Assembly (NCBI RefSeq): GCF_027921745.1
Contig: NC_079238.1
Coordinates: forward strand, 558,001 to 622,000
Reading direction: 5' to 3'
Origin: Schizosaccharomyces osmophilus
Lineage: Eukaryota
Length of the DNA stretch: 64,000 nucleotides
Below are positions 23,620 to 34,934 of the stretch, piece after piece. The first letter of the stretch is position 1, and every line of letters starts with the position of its first letter. A model generated the notes under the pieces. The model was not told where the DNA came from. It ran no database searches and was given only the letters and a program-made list of their open reading frames with translations. A program made the position numbers and the translations under genes.

Positions 23620-24381
23620 TTATTGTTGATTAGACTTTCCTTGAAAGATAGCTTGACTGGACCAACGGTAAAAGCGCATCCAGGCACCATGAGCAGTAAG
23701 TTTTGGACGAACATCAAGAAACATACTTGGGATACCTTGAACACTAGGTCCGTTATAGAAATCTATTACATAACAAACTTTTTTACCGCATCTATCGACT
23801 AGCCAGTCGTGTCGGTCAAAAGGTCTGTTGTAACCCAAAAAGTTAAGCATCCGTGCCTTTGGCGTCAGCTTTTTTACGTCTCCTTGGAATTTATCAAGTC
23901 TGGGTCCCCCACAACTATACTCTTGTTAGCTTATGGTATGAATTTAAAGCTGATCAAAGCTCTTTCTTTAATCTTTCGTTTTTCCTTATCATAAGGAACT
24001 CAAACATGACTGCACTTACGCTTCCGATCCCCATCCCTTTTCCCAATTCAAAATTTCCTTCCAAGCTTTCTCGTTGACTGCGTTATGTATGGGAACAATC
24101 GTTTTCATGTCACGCGCGTCAGGATCCCAATTTTTCCGTTTCATGGCTTCAAAAAACATTTTCTGAGAAGGGTATATCCATTTTTCTTCTTGCTGATCGT
24201 TAAGATCTGTCTTTGCCTTGGGAATTCCTGATATTTCCCGGTCCGTTGGAAGTTCAACAGGCGGCGCCGATGGGTGAGGTTGAGCTTTGTTTTTATTAGA
24301 CTGGCTTTTAATCCAGGCTTCCCGAACTTCTGGCGACACTGGACATTGAGTTTCTTGGGAGTCTTCCTGTTTTTCTGTCAT
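23620..24381 (-). CDS. cyt2: Holocytochrome c1 synthase (heme lyase), 218 aa
   Basis: Exons 24381-24020 and 23914-23620. CPV heme-regulatory motif, REISGIP, WIYPS, HNAVNE.AW, PFDRHDW. Confidence 0.93.
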
Positions 24382-25438
24382 ATTAAAAGGAATGGGGAAT
24401 TTACTAAACGCGACCTTTCACCGGCACGAAGAAAACTCCCCATTTAAGGATGGTTTTAAGACTGTGGTGGAGTACTGTAAATGCATATTCAAGGTTTTTT
24501 GAATATGCAATGAAAGATTCCTTTTGTAAGTTTCTAAAGGTGATTATTTTCTTTATTTTTGACGGAATTGAAGACCATGTGGTCTTGAATATTCACATCG
24601 TTGTTTTTTGCAAAGTCGCCAGGTTGGGCCATTGTGTTCGATTTATGGTTCCAGTGGTGCCTTGAAAAGCTTTCTGAAGAGCTTTTCAAGTTATAGAAAG
24701 TATGAAAAGTCAATTTTTCTATTGTGCGCAATATGAATGTTTCTTTTAGTGGTATTGATGTGAGATCTTTTTCTAAAAGATGAATTGAAACGATGTACAA
24801 ATTTTATTTCCTTTCAAGCATACAAAAAATTCATGGTTTTTGGATAAAGAAGATTTGAAGCTAAAAGTAGAATGCCTTGTAATGAAACTTGTCTTGGACA
24901 ATCAGCAAAAAGAGGGTATCGTGTGAAACAAAAGTGAAAGAACCTGCTTTTGTCTACTGAAAAACATAGGTTCAATGAAAACAGCTAAAGTACTAAAACC
25001 CGGAAACAAGATTGTACAAGCTCGTAGTACCGACGTTAATGAGTGGAGGGTAGGCTCGTCTTTCAATGCCCGTCTTTGAGGTCCTAAAAAAGGCGATGAA
25101 ATCGTCCTCTAACAAAAAGATAGAAATCACAAGCGATTCCCTATTGCAATCATTTACTACTCTCTTCTTTTTGTTTATGAACTTCTTAACTTCTAGCTCG
25201 AAAACCTCATATACCATCAGTACGTTCTAATGCCGAATTTCATTTTTTGCTTATACAACGCCAGGATATGATCAAAGAAATTACCTGACTTTGGGCAGAT
25301 TGGAAGCTTGCAAGTATTGCTGAGTTGTTCTTGTTTACAGAGGTTTATTATCTTTAGATTGTTTGGGCTTCGATTTGCCAGTAGTTTGCATTAAAATACA
25401 CGTTGGTTGATACAGCAACGTTTATCAACAAAGAGAAT

Positions 25439-26614
25439 ATGGCAGAAAAGGTCTACCAATGCACTGTAAGTGCTCCAGTAAATATTGCAGTTATCAAATA
25501 CTGGGGAAAACGCGACGTTGGGTTGAATTTACCGACAAACAGTTCATTAAGTGTAACTTTATCACAAGATGATTTAAGGACTGTGACAAGTGCTAGCTGC
25601 AGCAAATCCTTTGAAAAGGACACTCTATGGTTGAATGGACATGCGGAAGATATTTCTGCCAGCAAACGGCTTTCCGTTTGCGTAGAGGAGTTGCGTAGTG
25701 TTCGTCGAGAATTGGAAAAGGAAAATGACTCAATGGATAAGATTAGCCAGCTGAAAGTGCACGTTGTATCTATAAATAATTTCCCCACTGCTGCTGGTTT
25801 AGCTTCCTCGGCTGCCGGATATGCTGCTTTTACTGAAGCCATTGCACGCTTGTACGATTTGACCTGGACTCCTACTGAGTTATCCAGAATTGCCAGACAG
25901 GGTTCTGGTAGCGCTTGTCGTAGCTTGTTTGGTGGATACGTTTCGTGGGAGATGGGCGAATTGCATAGTGGAGCAGATAGTGTTGCCGTGCAAGTAGAGC
26001 CTGTGGAGCATTGGCCTGAAATGCGTGTTGCTATTATGGTTGCTTCTGCTGCCAAGAAGGGTATCTCCTCAACTTCAGGTATGCAAGCAACAGTTGCTTC
26101 TTCTACCTTATTTCAAGAACGCATAAAGAATATCGTTCCTGGGCGTATGCAAGCCATGAAACAAGCTATCCGCAACCGTGATTTTGAAACGTTTGCCAAG
26201 CTTACGATGACTGATTCCAATCAATTCCACGCGTGTTGCCTTGATACCCTTCCTCCTATCTTTTACCTGAACGATACCTCTAGAGCTATCATTCGTGTCA
26301 TCGAGAATATCAATGCTGCTGCTGGAAAGACCGTTGCTGCTTATACTTTTGATGCCGGTCCCAATGCAGTGGTGTACTTCTTGGAAGAAAACTCTTCGTA
26401 TATCTTGGACGCTTTGCATGCCGTTTCAAAGCACGCAGAAGGTTGGGAGGAAAGTGCTAGAAACCCTACCTCTGTGAAGATTGACGATGTTGCGTCGGAA
26501 ACTGTATCGTCTGGAGTGAGCCGAGTGATTCTTACCAAAATTGGTGATGGCCCTCGTATTCTATCTCCTGAGGAGTCTTTAATAAAGGAAGATGGAACAC
26601 CTAAAAATGCTTAA
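25439..26614 (+). CDS. mvd1: Diphosphomevalonate decarboxylase
   Basis: ATG at 25439. APVNIAVIKYWGKRD, FPTAAGLASSAAG, GSGSACRS, YTFDAGPNA. Confidence 0.98.
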   Translation: MAEKVYQCTVSAPVNIAVIKYWGKRDVGLNLPTNSSLSVTLSQDDLRTVTSASCSKSFEKDTLWLNGHAEDISASKRLSVCVEELRSVRRELEKENDSMDKISQLKVHVVSINNFPTAAGLASSAAGYAAFTEAIARLYDLTWTPTELSRIARQGSGSACRSLFGGYVSWEMGELHSGADSVAVQVEPVEHWPEMRVAIMVASAAKKGISSTSGMQATVASSTLFQERIKNIVPGRMQAMKQAIRNRDFETFAKLTMTDSNQFHACCLDTLPPIFYLNDTSRAIIRVIENINAAAGKTVAAYTFDAGPNAVVYFLEENSSYILDALHAVSKHAEGWEESARNPTSVKIDDVASETVSSGVSRVILTKIGDGPRILSPEESLIKEDGTPKNA

Positions 26615-26968
26615 ATGCTTTATTACCTAGACTAGTCTGGACTCAGTTTCACGTTTTCAAAAGCAATTGCTATGTAATACTCTAGTTGAACTAATTCATG
26701 GTGTACGATCAAGTTGACATAGGTTGCCGAAGGCAAGAAAAGGCTATTTTAATGTTTTCTTCATCTTAGATTTAATTGTTAATTCTTACAAGCAATACAA
26801 TACGTTCTTTACCTGCTTTTACAAATATATAGGGACTTACAGGGATTTAAGCTCAAGCTTGTCTCTAGGAAATTCAAAGATAAAAAGAAAGAGTTCGATT
26901 CCTTAAAAAACAAGAGGATGTATGAAAGAAAGCATGCTTCATAAACGGACTGATTGACAAAGAACCGT

Positions 26969-27395
26969 TTAAGCATTGCGGTTTTGCTATAAGAGAATAC
27001 ATTAGTAAAGGAAATTCAGACTTATAAGCCATACGTATTTGACGACAATTAATGGAAGAGACAAAACAAAACCTAGAAACCAAGCGTTAGCACTCCTATC
27101 GAAAAAAGCTTTCAATGTTCTCCAAAAACAGACGATGCAATGATCTATTCCATCAGTCTGTATGTTCAGAAATCTAGCATACCAAAGCTTCCGAAAAAGA
27201 GCATAGAAGGAATTGCCTTTTTGGATACATAAAATGGTACAGTACTATACGCAAGAAAAGCAAGTGGTTAATTCTCAGTTCAACATGGTTCAGCAGTACA
27301 AAGAAGACTTACGACCCGGGTTTAGGAGGAGCATGAGATGAAGAAAAACGAACACCACGAAGAGTGGAACGAGCTGCAATACGAGAGAGGAGCAT
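26969..27395 (-). CDS. cox8: Cytochrome c oxidase subunit VIII (Cox8/COX7C family), 4 exons, 66 aa; absent from the ORF track
   Basis: Exons 27395-27313, 27244-27183, 27072-27035 and 26986-26969 give MLLSRIAARSTLRGVRFSSSHAPPKPGSTVPFYVSKKAIPSMLFFGSFGFVLSLPLIVVKYQNRNA*, i.e. a presequence plus one TM. All introns are GT..AG with branch sites. CCAAT box (ATTGG) at 27466-27470. Confidence 0.92.
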
Positions 27396-28005
27396 GATCA
27401 AAGAGTTGGGAGTTGCGAAGTTGGTTCCTGCTGGCTGCATTTCGTTCTGTGCCCGATGCGGACTCATTGGTATTGCGCATTTCGTTATTTAATATATCGA
27501 TAGTGGACCTACATTTGGATTTCAGATACGGATGTCTAAGTCATTTACATTAGTAAACAAATGATCTGAGTGTATTCTTATTGTCTAGCATTGCAAAAGG
27601 AACCTTGCAGCTCAATGATTGTTGCATATTTGCTTTTTACATTTTCTATATATTACAATACAAACTTGAATAACCGTGAATCCTACGATTCTCACTGGTT
27701 GCGAGATCAGACTGAAACTTGTCAAACTTGCCGTTGGACAACGTTCTGTGCGGTTTCTTCTGCAGCAAAGGTTTAGTTTCTTTTTTTTTTTGAATCTTCT
27801 ATTCTGTAGCTTGTAAAGCATTAGAGCTTCGTGCTTCGTAATTAGCTCAACCCATCATCCAATACTGGTCATCTGTAGACTGCTAGCTACCATACTAGAA
27901 ACTAACACTGGTTGGAAGGACCTTTAGTTCATCCAAAAGCAGGAAACCTTGTTGAATTTATTTGAAATAATCTCTTTTGTTCATTTTTCGTAAAGTTTTG
28001 GCATC

Positions 28006-28329
28006 ATGTCTACAATCACAACACCTCCTTCAAACACGCTTTCGCAACAGGATTTCTCTTTACTGCAGTTTCGACTGTTGGATTTTTTGGCCTCTCAAGA
28101 ATCTAGAAAGGTCATTGCTGCTTCCAAAGAATTAACATTGTTGCGACAGAGCATTCAAACGTTGAAGAATAAAGCCACTAATTTGAAACCAGAAGAAATG
28201 ACTTTGGAAGAGAAGCAATCTGCCATACGTATGCTGCAGTCCAGGATTTCCCTTAAAAAATCTTTTCTCTCCCGAATTCGCTCTGAATCCGAAACAGCTC
28301 AAGACATTTCCATGCAAGAAGCTGTTTGA
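28006..28329 (+). CDS. med9: Small helical protein, probable Mediator subunit Med9 (SPAC24C9.04-like)
   Basis: 107-aa ATG-initiated ORF with a coiled-coil pattern (MTLEEKQSAIRMLQSRISLKK). The name rests on remembered synteny. Confidence 0.65.
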   Translation: MSTITTPPSNTLSQQDFSLLQFRLLDFLASQESRKVIAASKELTLLRQSIQTLKNKATNLKPEEMTLEEKQSAIRMLQSRISLKKSFLSRIRSESETAQDISMQEAV

Positions 28330-28677
28330 AGAAACTCAATTAGATTTTCGTGCGAAAGAAGTTATTTATTCATGTACACGTCTTCTTACACCAAAGATAA
28401 AAGTACAGTAACCTTTTTTATTATTCTTGTATATTAATAGTGGAATATATGCGTTAATGATCGTGCAAGTCATATACCATCTTCAACTGGGTACACGAGA
28501 ATCTTACCTGTTTTCAGATACTCAAACTATTTATCTAAATGCACATAACTGATAATGAAATGTAAGGTTGTTCTTGGTAGTTTTGAAGCAAATGATGGCT
28601 GAAATGATTCAATCCTAAAAATAAAGATGATCGATGGCTTTTCACCCACATTCAATTTTCTCTTTATAAAACATGTT

Positions 28678-30846
28678 TCAACGCCTGCGACGTAAAAACC
28701 AAGCTGATAAGAGTACTACGGCAATACTTCCAGACACCACGCCGGCAAAAGCTAATGACCGGTCAGAAGGCTTCTTTGTTGATGCCGCTGAAGGCTTCGG
28801 TGAACTGAAAACGGGTTCATCCGTAGGTATTTTAGGTTGCAAAATGGATGCAGTTCCAGCACTGCTTCCAACCGTCGATAAAACGGGATTGAAACCATCA
28901 ACAATATGACTATTCGCTCCCACACCACGAATTTCTAAGCGTGGAAGTCCGCGCCGACGAGTCAAAAAGATTGCTTCTCGAAGATCAGCGTCGCTTGTAA
29001 TTTCAACAACATCTCCTTCGTCGTCTATATAGGTGAGTGTAATGTTTGGCTCGTTTTCCCGATTTGAGACCGCCTTTTGTAGATCACTTAATGAATTAAT
29101 TTGATCTAAACGAAGACGATGAACTCGTCCAATCGTTGACCGATATTTTATGCTAAATTGCGAAGGAGAGGGGCGTGGAATGGGAAAGATTTGAGAGGCG
29201 GAATCGGTCGGCTGCACTAAATCCTGTAATGCTTGTTCCATAATTGAAGGGTTTCCTTGAAACTGAGAAAGCGAACCAACGTATGAAGGTGCCGTATGCG
29301 AGGCTCCATAGCCGTGTATATCCGAAGCCCCATATGCATCAAGAGCGGAAGGTTGTCCGGGATACGTAAATTCGTTGTTGCGGGTTGGGGAAAGTGGGTA
29401 TTGTCCTGAACGATAGGAAACATGGGATCCGTGAAGGGAATGTGCGTACTGAGTATCTTTTTCGGCTGGATGGTTATCTGTTTCTTGCCATGTCAAAGGA
29501 ACGGGAAGCACATCGGATTCAGGTAAACCTGGCTGATGGGAGGGAATAATACCTTGGTTAGGGCCAGGTACTTTGGGTGTCAAATCGATATCTCCGTTGG
29601 AAGGAGCCAAGAGGGGATGGTTTTCTTGTGAAGCGGTTTTCGACAAAATATTTTCTTCGAGCTCTTGATTTTCATGTTCTATACCTTCGTCTTCTTCAGG
29701 AGACTGCTCAGCAAGGATTGCCGTTGCTAGTTGGAAAAGCGAAAGCAAGCCAACAATAGAGTCGTCTTCGTCAACAATAGGAAGAAAATGAAATTTTCCT
29801 TCAAGCATTCTTTCAAGGGCCGTGCTCACTCGCAGGTCAATGAGAGCACAATCTGGGTGAGGAGTCATAACTCGGATGACAGAGCAACGAAAAGAATCGA
29901 GCCCTGCAGCAAGAACGCGAAGCACAATATCATGAGAGGTAAAGATACCAGAAACAGCACCATTTTCCATTACAAGAACGGAAGAAACGTTCGCATGGGC
30001 CATGGATTCTGCAGCCTCAGCCACGGTAGTTCGTGTGCCCACCAAGACTGGCTCTTGGGTAGTTTCAATCAAAGATAATACATCTTGGCCTGAGGCCTTC
30101 TTTCTGAGAGATTCTACGTATTCAACAAATTCTGCCGCATGTGGACCACCTGAATGAGAAGAGTTATTGGCGCTTCCAGAAGCGGACTTATCTTCCAATT
30201 CTTCTTGAGCGCCTTCGAGAGCAGCCACAAGCCGTTCGGCAGCTTCTTGTTGACGGGAGATTCGATCTAGAGGTTCATGTAAACATGTTCGCATGTTGAT
30301 GATTCCAATGACATCTCCTTCATCGCCATCTTCACCGTCGCTTACCACAGGAAGATGTCGGATTTGATGTTCTACCATCAATTCAAGTGCGGCATCAATT
30401 CTTGTATCGTTAGTAATGCATATAGGGCCGTTTGTCATTATATCAGCTACATAAGTTTGTCGAGCATCAAACCCAGCACCCACACATTTCGTTGCAATAT
30501 CACTCGAAGTCAGGATACCAGTTAATTGTCCTTCCTCGTCTACAACCAAAACACAGTCCTGTCGTTTGGCCGCCATCAGTTGGGCTGTTTCCGTTATCGA
30601 GCTATGCATATGAACTGTCAATGCTGCATCAAGTGCAACGCTTTCAACAGTTCCAGGCTCACCATGTCGCTTTGTGGATTTAGCTGGGGAATCAAGATTT
30701 GCTGATTTCTTGCTCAGTTCCGTAGCTATTTTCCTTCGAAGAGATTCATCTTTTTTATATTGTCGTTTCCTCGTGTCCGATACATATGAAACATCTGAAT
30801 AAGAAGAGGATACTACAGAACTATTATCAACGGCATTTGCCGGCAT
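28678..30846 (-). CDS. mug70: CBS-domain (x4) plus PB1-domain protein with C-terminal tail anchor
   Basis: Four CBS repeats (IRHLPVV, FHFLPIV), PB1 motif LTYIDDEGDVVEITSDADL, terminal TM followed by RRRR. Confidence 0.9.
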   Translation of the reverse strand: MPANAVDNSSVVSSSYSDVSYVSDTRKRQYKKDESLRRKIATELSKKSANLDSPAKSTKRHGEPGTVESVALDAALTVHMHSSITETAQLMAAKRQDCVLVVDEEGQLTGILTSSDIATKCVGAGFDARQTYVADIMTNGPICITNDTRIDAALELMVEHQIRHLPVVSDGEDGDEGDVIGIINMRTCLHEPLDRISRQQEAAERLVAALEGAQEELEDKSASGSANNSSHSGGPHAAEFVEYVESLRKKASGQDVLSLIETTQEPVLVGTRTTVAEAAESMAHANVSSVLVMENGAVSGIFTSHDIVLRVLAAGLDSFRCSVIRVMTPHPDCALIDLRVSTALERMLEGKFHFLPIVDEDDSIVGLLSLFQLATAILAEQSPEEDEGIEHENQELEENILSKTASQENHPLLAPSNGDIDLTPKVPGPNQGIIPSHQPGLPESDVLPVPLTWQETDNHPAEKDTQYAHSLHGSHVSYRSGQYPLSPTRNNEFTYPGQPSALDAYGASDIHGYGASHTAPSYVGSLSQFQGNPSIMEQALQDLVQPTDSASQIFPIPRPSPSQFSIKYRSTIGRVHRLRLDQINSLSDLQKAVSNRENEPNITLTYIDDEGDVVEITSDADLREAIFLTRRRGLPRLEIRGVGANSHIVDGFNPVLSTVGSSAGTASILQPKIPTDEPVFSSPKPSAASTKKPSDRSLAFAGVVSGSIAVVLLSAWFLRRRR

Positions 30847-30900
30847 TTTTTCCCTTTCAACAAGAAAGAATTACTTCCCTTTTCGTCTTTGGAGCAAGAC

Positions 30901-30910
30901 AAACAAAGAA
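30901..30910 (-). promoter_or_regulatory. TR-box (TTCTTTGTTT, Ste11 site) upstream of mug70
   Basis: Exact TTCTTTGTTY match about 55 nt upstream of the mug70 ATG. Confidence 0.4.
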
Positions 30911-31445
30911 ATGGACCTACCTTTAATTGTTCGCGTTCTACTTCGTTATACTTCACAAACGCGTCTACTAGTCTACAAGCCATTTGGAGCAAACATTGCA
31001 GACAGACATGTTTTATTCTAAAGATTCGCTTTCTAGCAAATACATTAAACATTAATATTTCTTCTCCTCAAAAATCATCCAAACTCTCTCCCCATTTGGA
31101 ATGCCCTCCTGCTAGATCATATTGAAGTCTTAATGCGATATCCGAAGAACACTGTTACTTTCCAAGCAGAAATAAACATTTAGTCAAAGTCCTAAGAGGA
31201 TTTCCTCCTTGTAAATTGGAATTGGTTCTAACTCTGTTTTGTATTTAACTTTTTTACATCAGTCATTTATGACCATTGAGTGAAGCACCTGAAGGCTCAG
31301 TACTACTCATCCTTAGGCTAGCAAAAATCAGCCATCATTTTCACCCGCTTTGTTTCGCATCATCCTTCTTTTATTCTTCTATTAAAACCCTTTGCTGCTT
31401 TATTCACATCTACAAGGAAAATAGCAGGTCAAGTGGTCGATGTAC

Positions 31446-31455
31446 AAAAAAAAAA
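31446..31455 (-). terminator. Pol III oligo(dT) terminator of tRNA-Ser
   Basis: T10 on the minus strand immediately after the discriminator base. Confidence 0.9.
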
Positions 31456-31537
31456 CGACACCAGCAGGATTTGAACCTGCGCGCGGAGACCGCAATAGAT
31501 TTCTAATCTATCCCTTTAACCACTCAGGCATAGTGTC
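31456..31537 (-). tRNA. tRNA-Ser (anticodon AGA), 82 nt, intronless
   Basis: GACACTA/TGGTGTC acceptor stem, A-box, anticodon arm ATAGA-TTAGAAA-TCTAT, long variable arm, GGTTCAAATCC B-box, upstream TATA near 31565. Confidence 0.98.
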
Positions 31538-31944
31538 TTATGGTAAAGAAAACTGAAATTAACCTATATAGAAACAATGTGATACAAATACATATTCAAA
31601 ATGAAGTTTCATAAAAATAACAACTCTGGTGCTGCGAGAAATATAAGTTTCTTTTTATCCCTACGCCCTACAAGTATACAAACATACTATTTATAATATA
31701 AAGGAACTTCTCTTTTCATTTAAGCGAATTTCATTTGCTGGCATTATTAAATTAACATTTTCCTTTAAATTTTCTTCCCGAGGATAACCTCAGGAATCTC
31801 TGTTGAATCTAAATTAGATTACAAGGGGGGGAGGTCCATTAATCGCTCTAAAAAAAAGCAATTCTAAGTCGGACATGTCCAACTTCATTCAATCATTTCA
31901 ACAAAACTTTAAACTTTTTGTACCGAAAATTAATCAGTTGAAGT

Positions 31945-34767
31945 TTAGTGCTTAGTATGCATGTCAGCCATGTGGTTCAAAGCACTACCAGCCTTGAACC
32001 AAGCGATTTGGTCTTGGTTGAAGGTGTGGTTAAGAGGAGTGCTCCATTCAGCGGAACCATCAGCGGGATGAACAACCAAGGTTAAAGGCTGTCTGGGTTG
32101 GAAAGAAGGAAGGCCGACAATATCAACAGAGTCGAAGGGGGTGATCTTGTCATAGGCAGCAGGATCAGCAAAAGTCAAAGGCAACAAACCTTGCTTCTTG
32201 AGGTTGGTCTCGTGGATACGAGCAAAAGACTTGGTGATGATAGCAGTACCACCCAAGTAGCGAGGCTCAAGAGCGGCATGTTCACGAGAAGAGCCTTCAC
32301 CAAAGTTTTGCTCACCAATACTGACCCAGCGAATACCATTGTCACGGTAAGAAATGGCAACGTTAGGAACAGTGTCATATTCACCAGTAAGTTGGTTCTT
32401 CAGCTTGTTAGCTTCACCGTTTTCAGCGTTAACAGCACCAATCATATAGTTGTTGGAGATGTTTTGGAGATGACCACGGTACTTCAACCAGGGGCCGGCA
32501 GCAGAAATGTGATCAGTAGTACATTTGCCCTTGCTCTTGATCAAAACCTTCAAGCCTTTAGCGTCCTTGCCATCCCATCTGTTGAAGGGAGCAAGAACTT
32601 GCAAACGTTGAGACTTGGGATCAATGTCAACATCAGAAATGTTCTCAGGTTGGGGAGCGACGTAGGTGTCGGAACCAGCATCATAACCTTTAGAAGGAAG
32701 ACCAGCACCACTGGGAGCATCAAACTTGAATTCGTTACCATTAGCGTCCTTCAAGGTGTCGGTTAATGGGTTAAAGTTCATGTCACCAGCGAAGACCATA
32801 GCAGTTACAAGATCGGGAGAAGTGACGAAAGCATGGGTAGCAGGGTTAGCATCGTTACGACCAGTGAAGTTTCTGTTGTAGGAAGTAACGATGGAGTTCT
32901 TTTCACCCTTTTGGACATCAGTACGCTTCCATTGACCAATGCAAGGACCACAAGCGTTGGCAAGAACGATACCACCAGCCTTTCTCATGGTCTCTAATTG
33001 ACCGTCACGCTCCAAGGTAGCACGAACTTGTTCGGAACCAGGAGTGATGGTGAAGAGAGACTTGGTCTTGATACCCTTGTCGGTAGCTTGTTGGCAAATA
33101 GAAGCAGCGCGAGACATGTCTTCGTAAGAAGAGTTGGTGCAAGAACCAATCAAACCAACCTTAAGCTCTTCAGGCCATTTGTGTTCTTTGATGGCATCCT
33201 TGAATTTGGAAATAGGAGTAGCTAAATCAGGAGTAAAAGGACCGTTTACATGGGGTTCCAAGGTGCTGAGGTTAATTTCGATAACTTCATCATAAGGAGC
33301 GTTTTCGTCAGCGGCAATGACAGGAGCGAATTGTTCGGCATAAGAAGCAATGTCGGAACGGCTGGTAGCACGGAGGTACTGAGACATACGAGAGTTGAAG
33401 GGGAAGATAGAAGTAGTGGCACCAATCTCAGCACCCATGTTGCAAATAGTACCCATACCAGTGCAAGAAAGAGATTCGACACCGGGGCCAAAGTATTCGA
33501 CAATGGCACCAGTACCACCCTTGACGGTCAGGACACCAGCAACCTTAAGAATAACATCCTTGGGAGCAGTCCAGCCGCTCATTTGACCAGTCAACTTGAC
33601 ACCAATCACCTTGGGGCATTTCAATTCCCAGGGCAAGTTGGCCATAACATCGACGGCATCAGCACCACCAACACCAATGGAGGCCATACCGAGACCACCA
33701 GCGTTAGGAGTGTGAGAGTCAGTACCAATCAACAAACCGCCAGGGAAGGCATAGTTCTCAAGAAGGATTTGGTGAATGATACCGGAGCCAGGGCGCCAGA
33801 AACCAATGTTGTACTTGGCACAAGCACTCGACAAAAAGTTGTAAACTTCCTTGTTGGTGACATTGGCACGTTCCAAATCTTCGGGACCACCAGTAAAAGC
33901 TTCAATCAAGTGATCACAGTGGACAGTGGTGGGGACGGCAACTTCGGGCATTCCAGCGGACATGAATTGCAAGATAGCCATTTGGGCAGTAGCATCTTGG
34001 CAAGCAACACGGTCGGGACGAAGCTTCAAGTAAGAGACACCACGCTCAATGTCTTGGTTGACAGGGTCATCCAAATGACCGTACAAAATTTTTTCAGAAT
34101 AGGTAAGGGGTCGTTGCAATCTCTTTTTGACAACTTCCAAATTGTCTTGGATGCGTTGGTAGTTAATAAACTTAGACTAACAACAAAAAGTTAGCATGCG
34201 TCAAGACAAAATGAAACTGCTTTCGAATAATGAAAGCAAACATAAGCATACCTTTTCAAAGTTGCTCATGGAAACCTTTCGGGAACCGATGGAGCAACGC
34301 AAGGAGGAAGAAGAAAAGCTTCTGGCTGCAGGGAGCTAAGCACAGTTGTTAGAACACAATCGTTTTTGACCAGAAAAAAAAACAGAAACTCGCAAAGAAA
34401 AAGACATCCAAGCATAACGAAGAACAAACCCTCAAGTTAAAAAAACAGGAGAGAGCATACGGCTCCTACACTCTCCTCCAAAGACAGCTTTTATGAAACG
34501 ATGCTTGTTCTTCAAATAAGGTGTCGGCAAATCAATCACATACCGTAAATAAACGCGAGCCCGCCTAAAAAGAATACAAGTTAGTTTCAAGTTCCAAATC
34601 CCAAATCATTCGTTGGCAACACCTCTCCGATCCAATCCGATCCGCTTTGCCCTGCTCTGCTCTGCTCTTCACAAAGCGGAAGGAGAGACGGAAATGCAAA
34701 CGAAACAAACCAAGAGTTTTTATTCAACACTTACTTTACCAGGAGCTCTAGAAATATTACAAAACAT
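31945..34767 (-). CDS. aco1: Mitochondrial aconitate hydratase, 4 exons, 789 aa
   Basis: Exons 34767-34735 ([11 protein letters not shown]), 34564-34544 (AGSRLFT), 34335-34252 and 34176-31945. [23 protein letters not shown] (Fe-S cysteines), [10 protein letters not shown]. Confidence 0.97.
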
Positions 34768-34778
34768 GTTGGAATGTA

Positions 34779-34934
34779 CCAATTTAAACACCCAAATCTG
34801 TATATTTGGCTTGCTTTTTATACAAATAGGTTGTTGGTTTTAGGCAAGTTGTGAACCACCCCAATGCAACCTAAACAATTATCTCGTTTCCGATTGGAAG
34901 CGTAAACGTGAGAAACCACTAAAAACATTCCAAT
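34779..34934. promoter_or_regulatory. Cluster of CCAAT boxes upstream of aco1 (Php2/3/5-Php4 type)
   Basis: CCAAT or ATTGG at 34779, 34861, 34893 and 34930, plus one in intron 1 (34632). Expected for an Fe-S/respiratory gene. Confidence 0.5.

Noticed and set aside
32098..34194. Long + strand ORFs (222 and 314 aa) antisense to aco1
   Set aside because: They are in-register shadows of strong codon bias, with no recognisable protein features.
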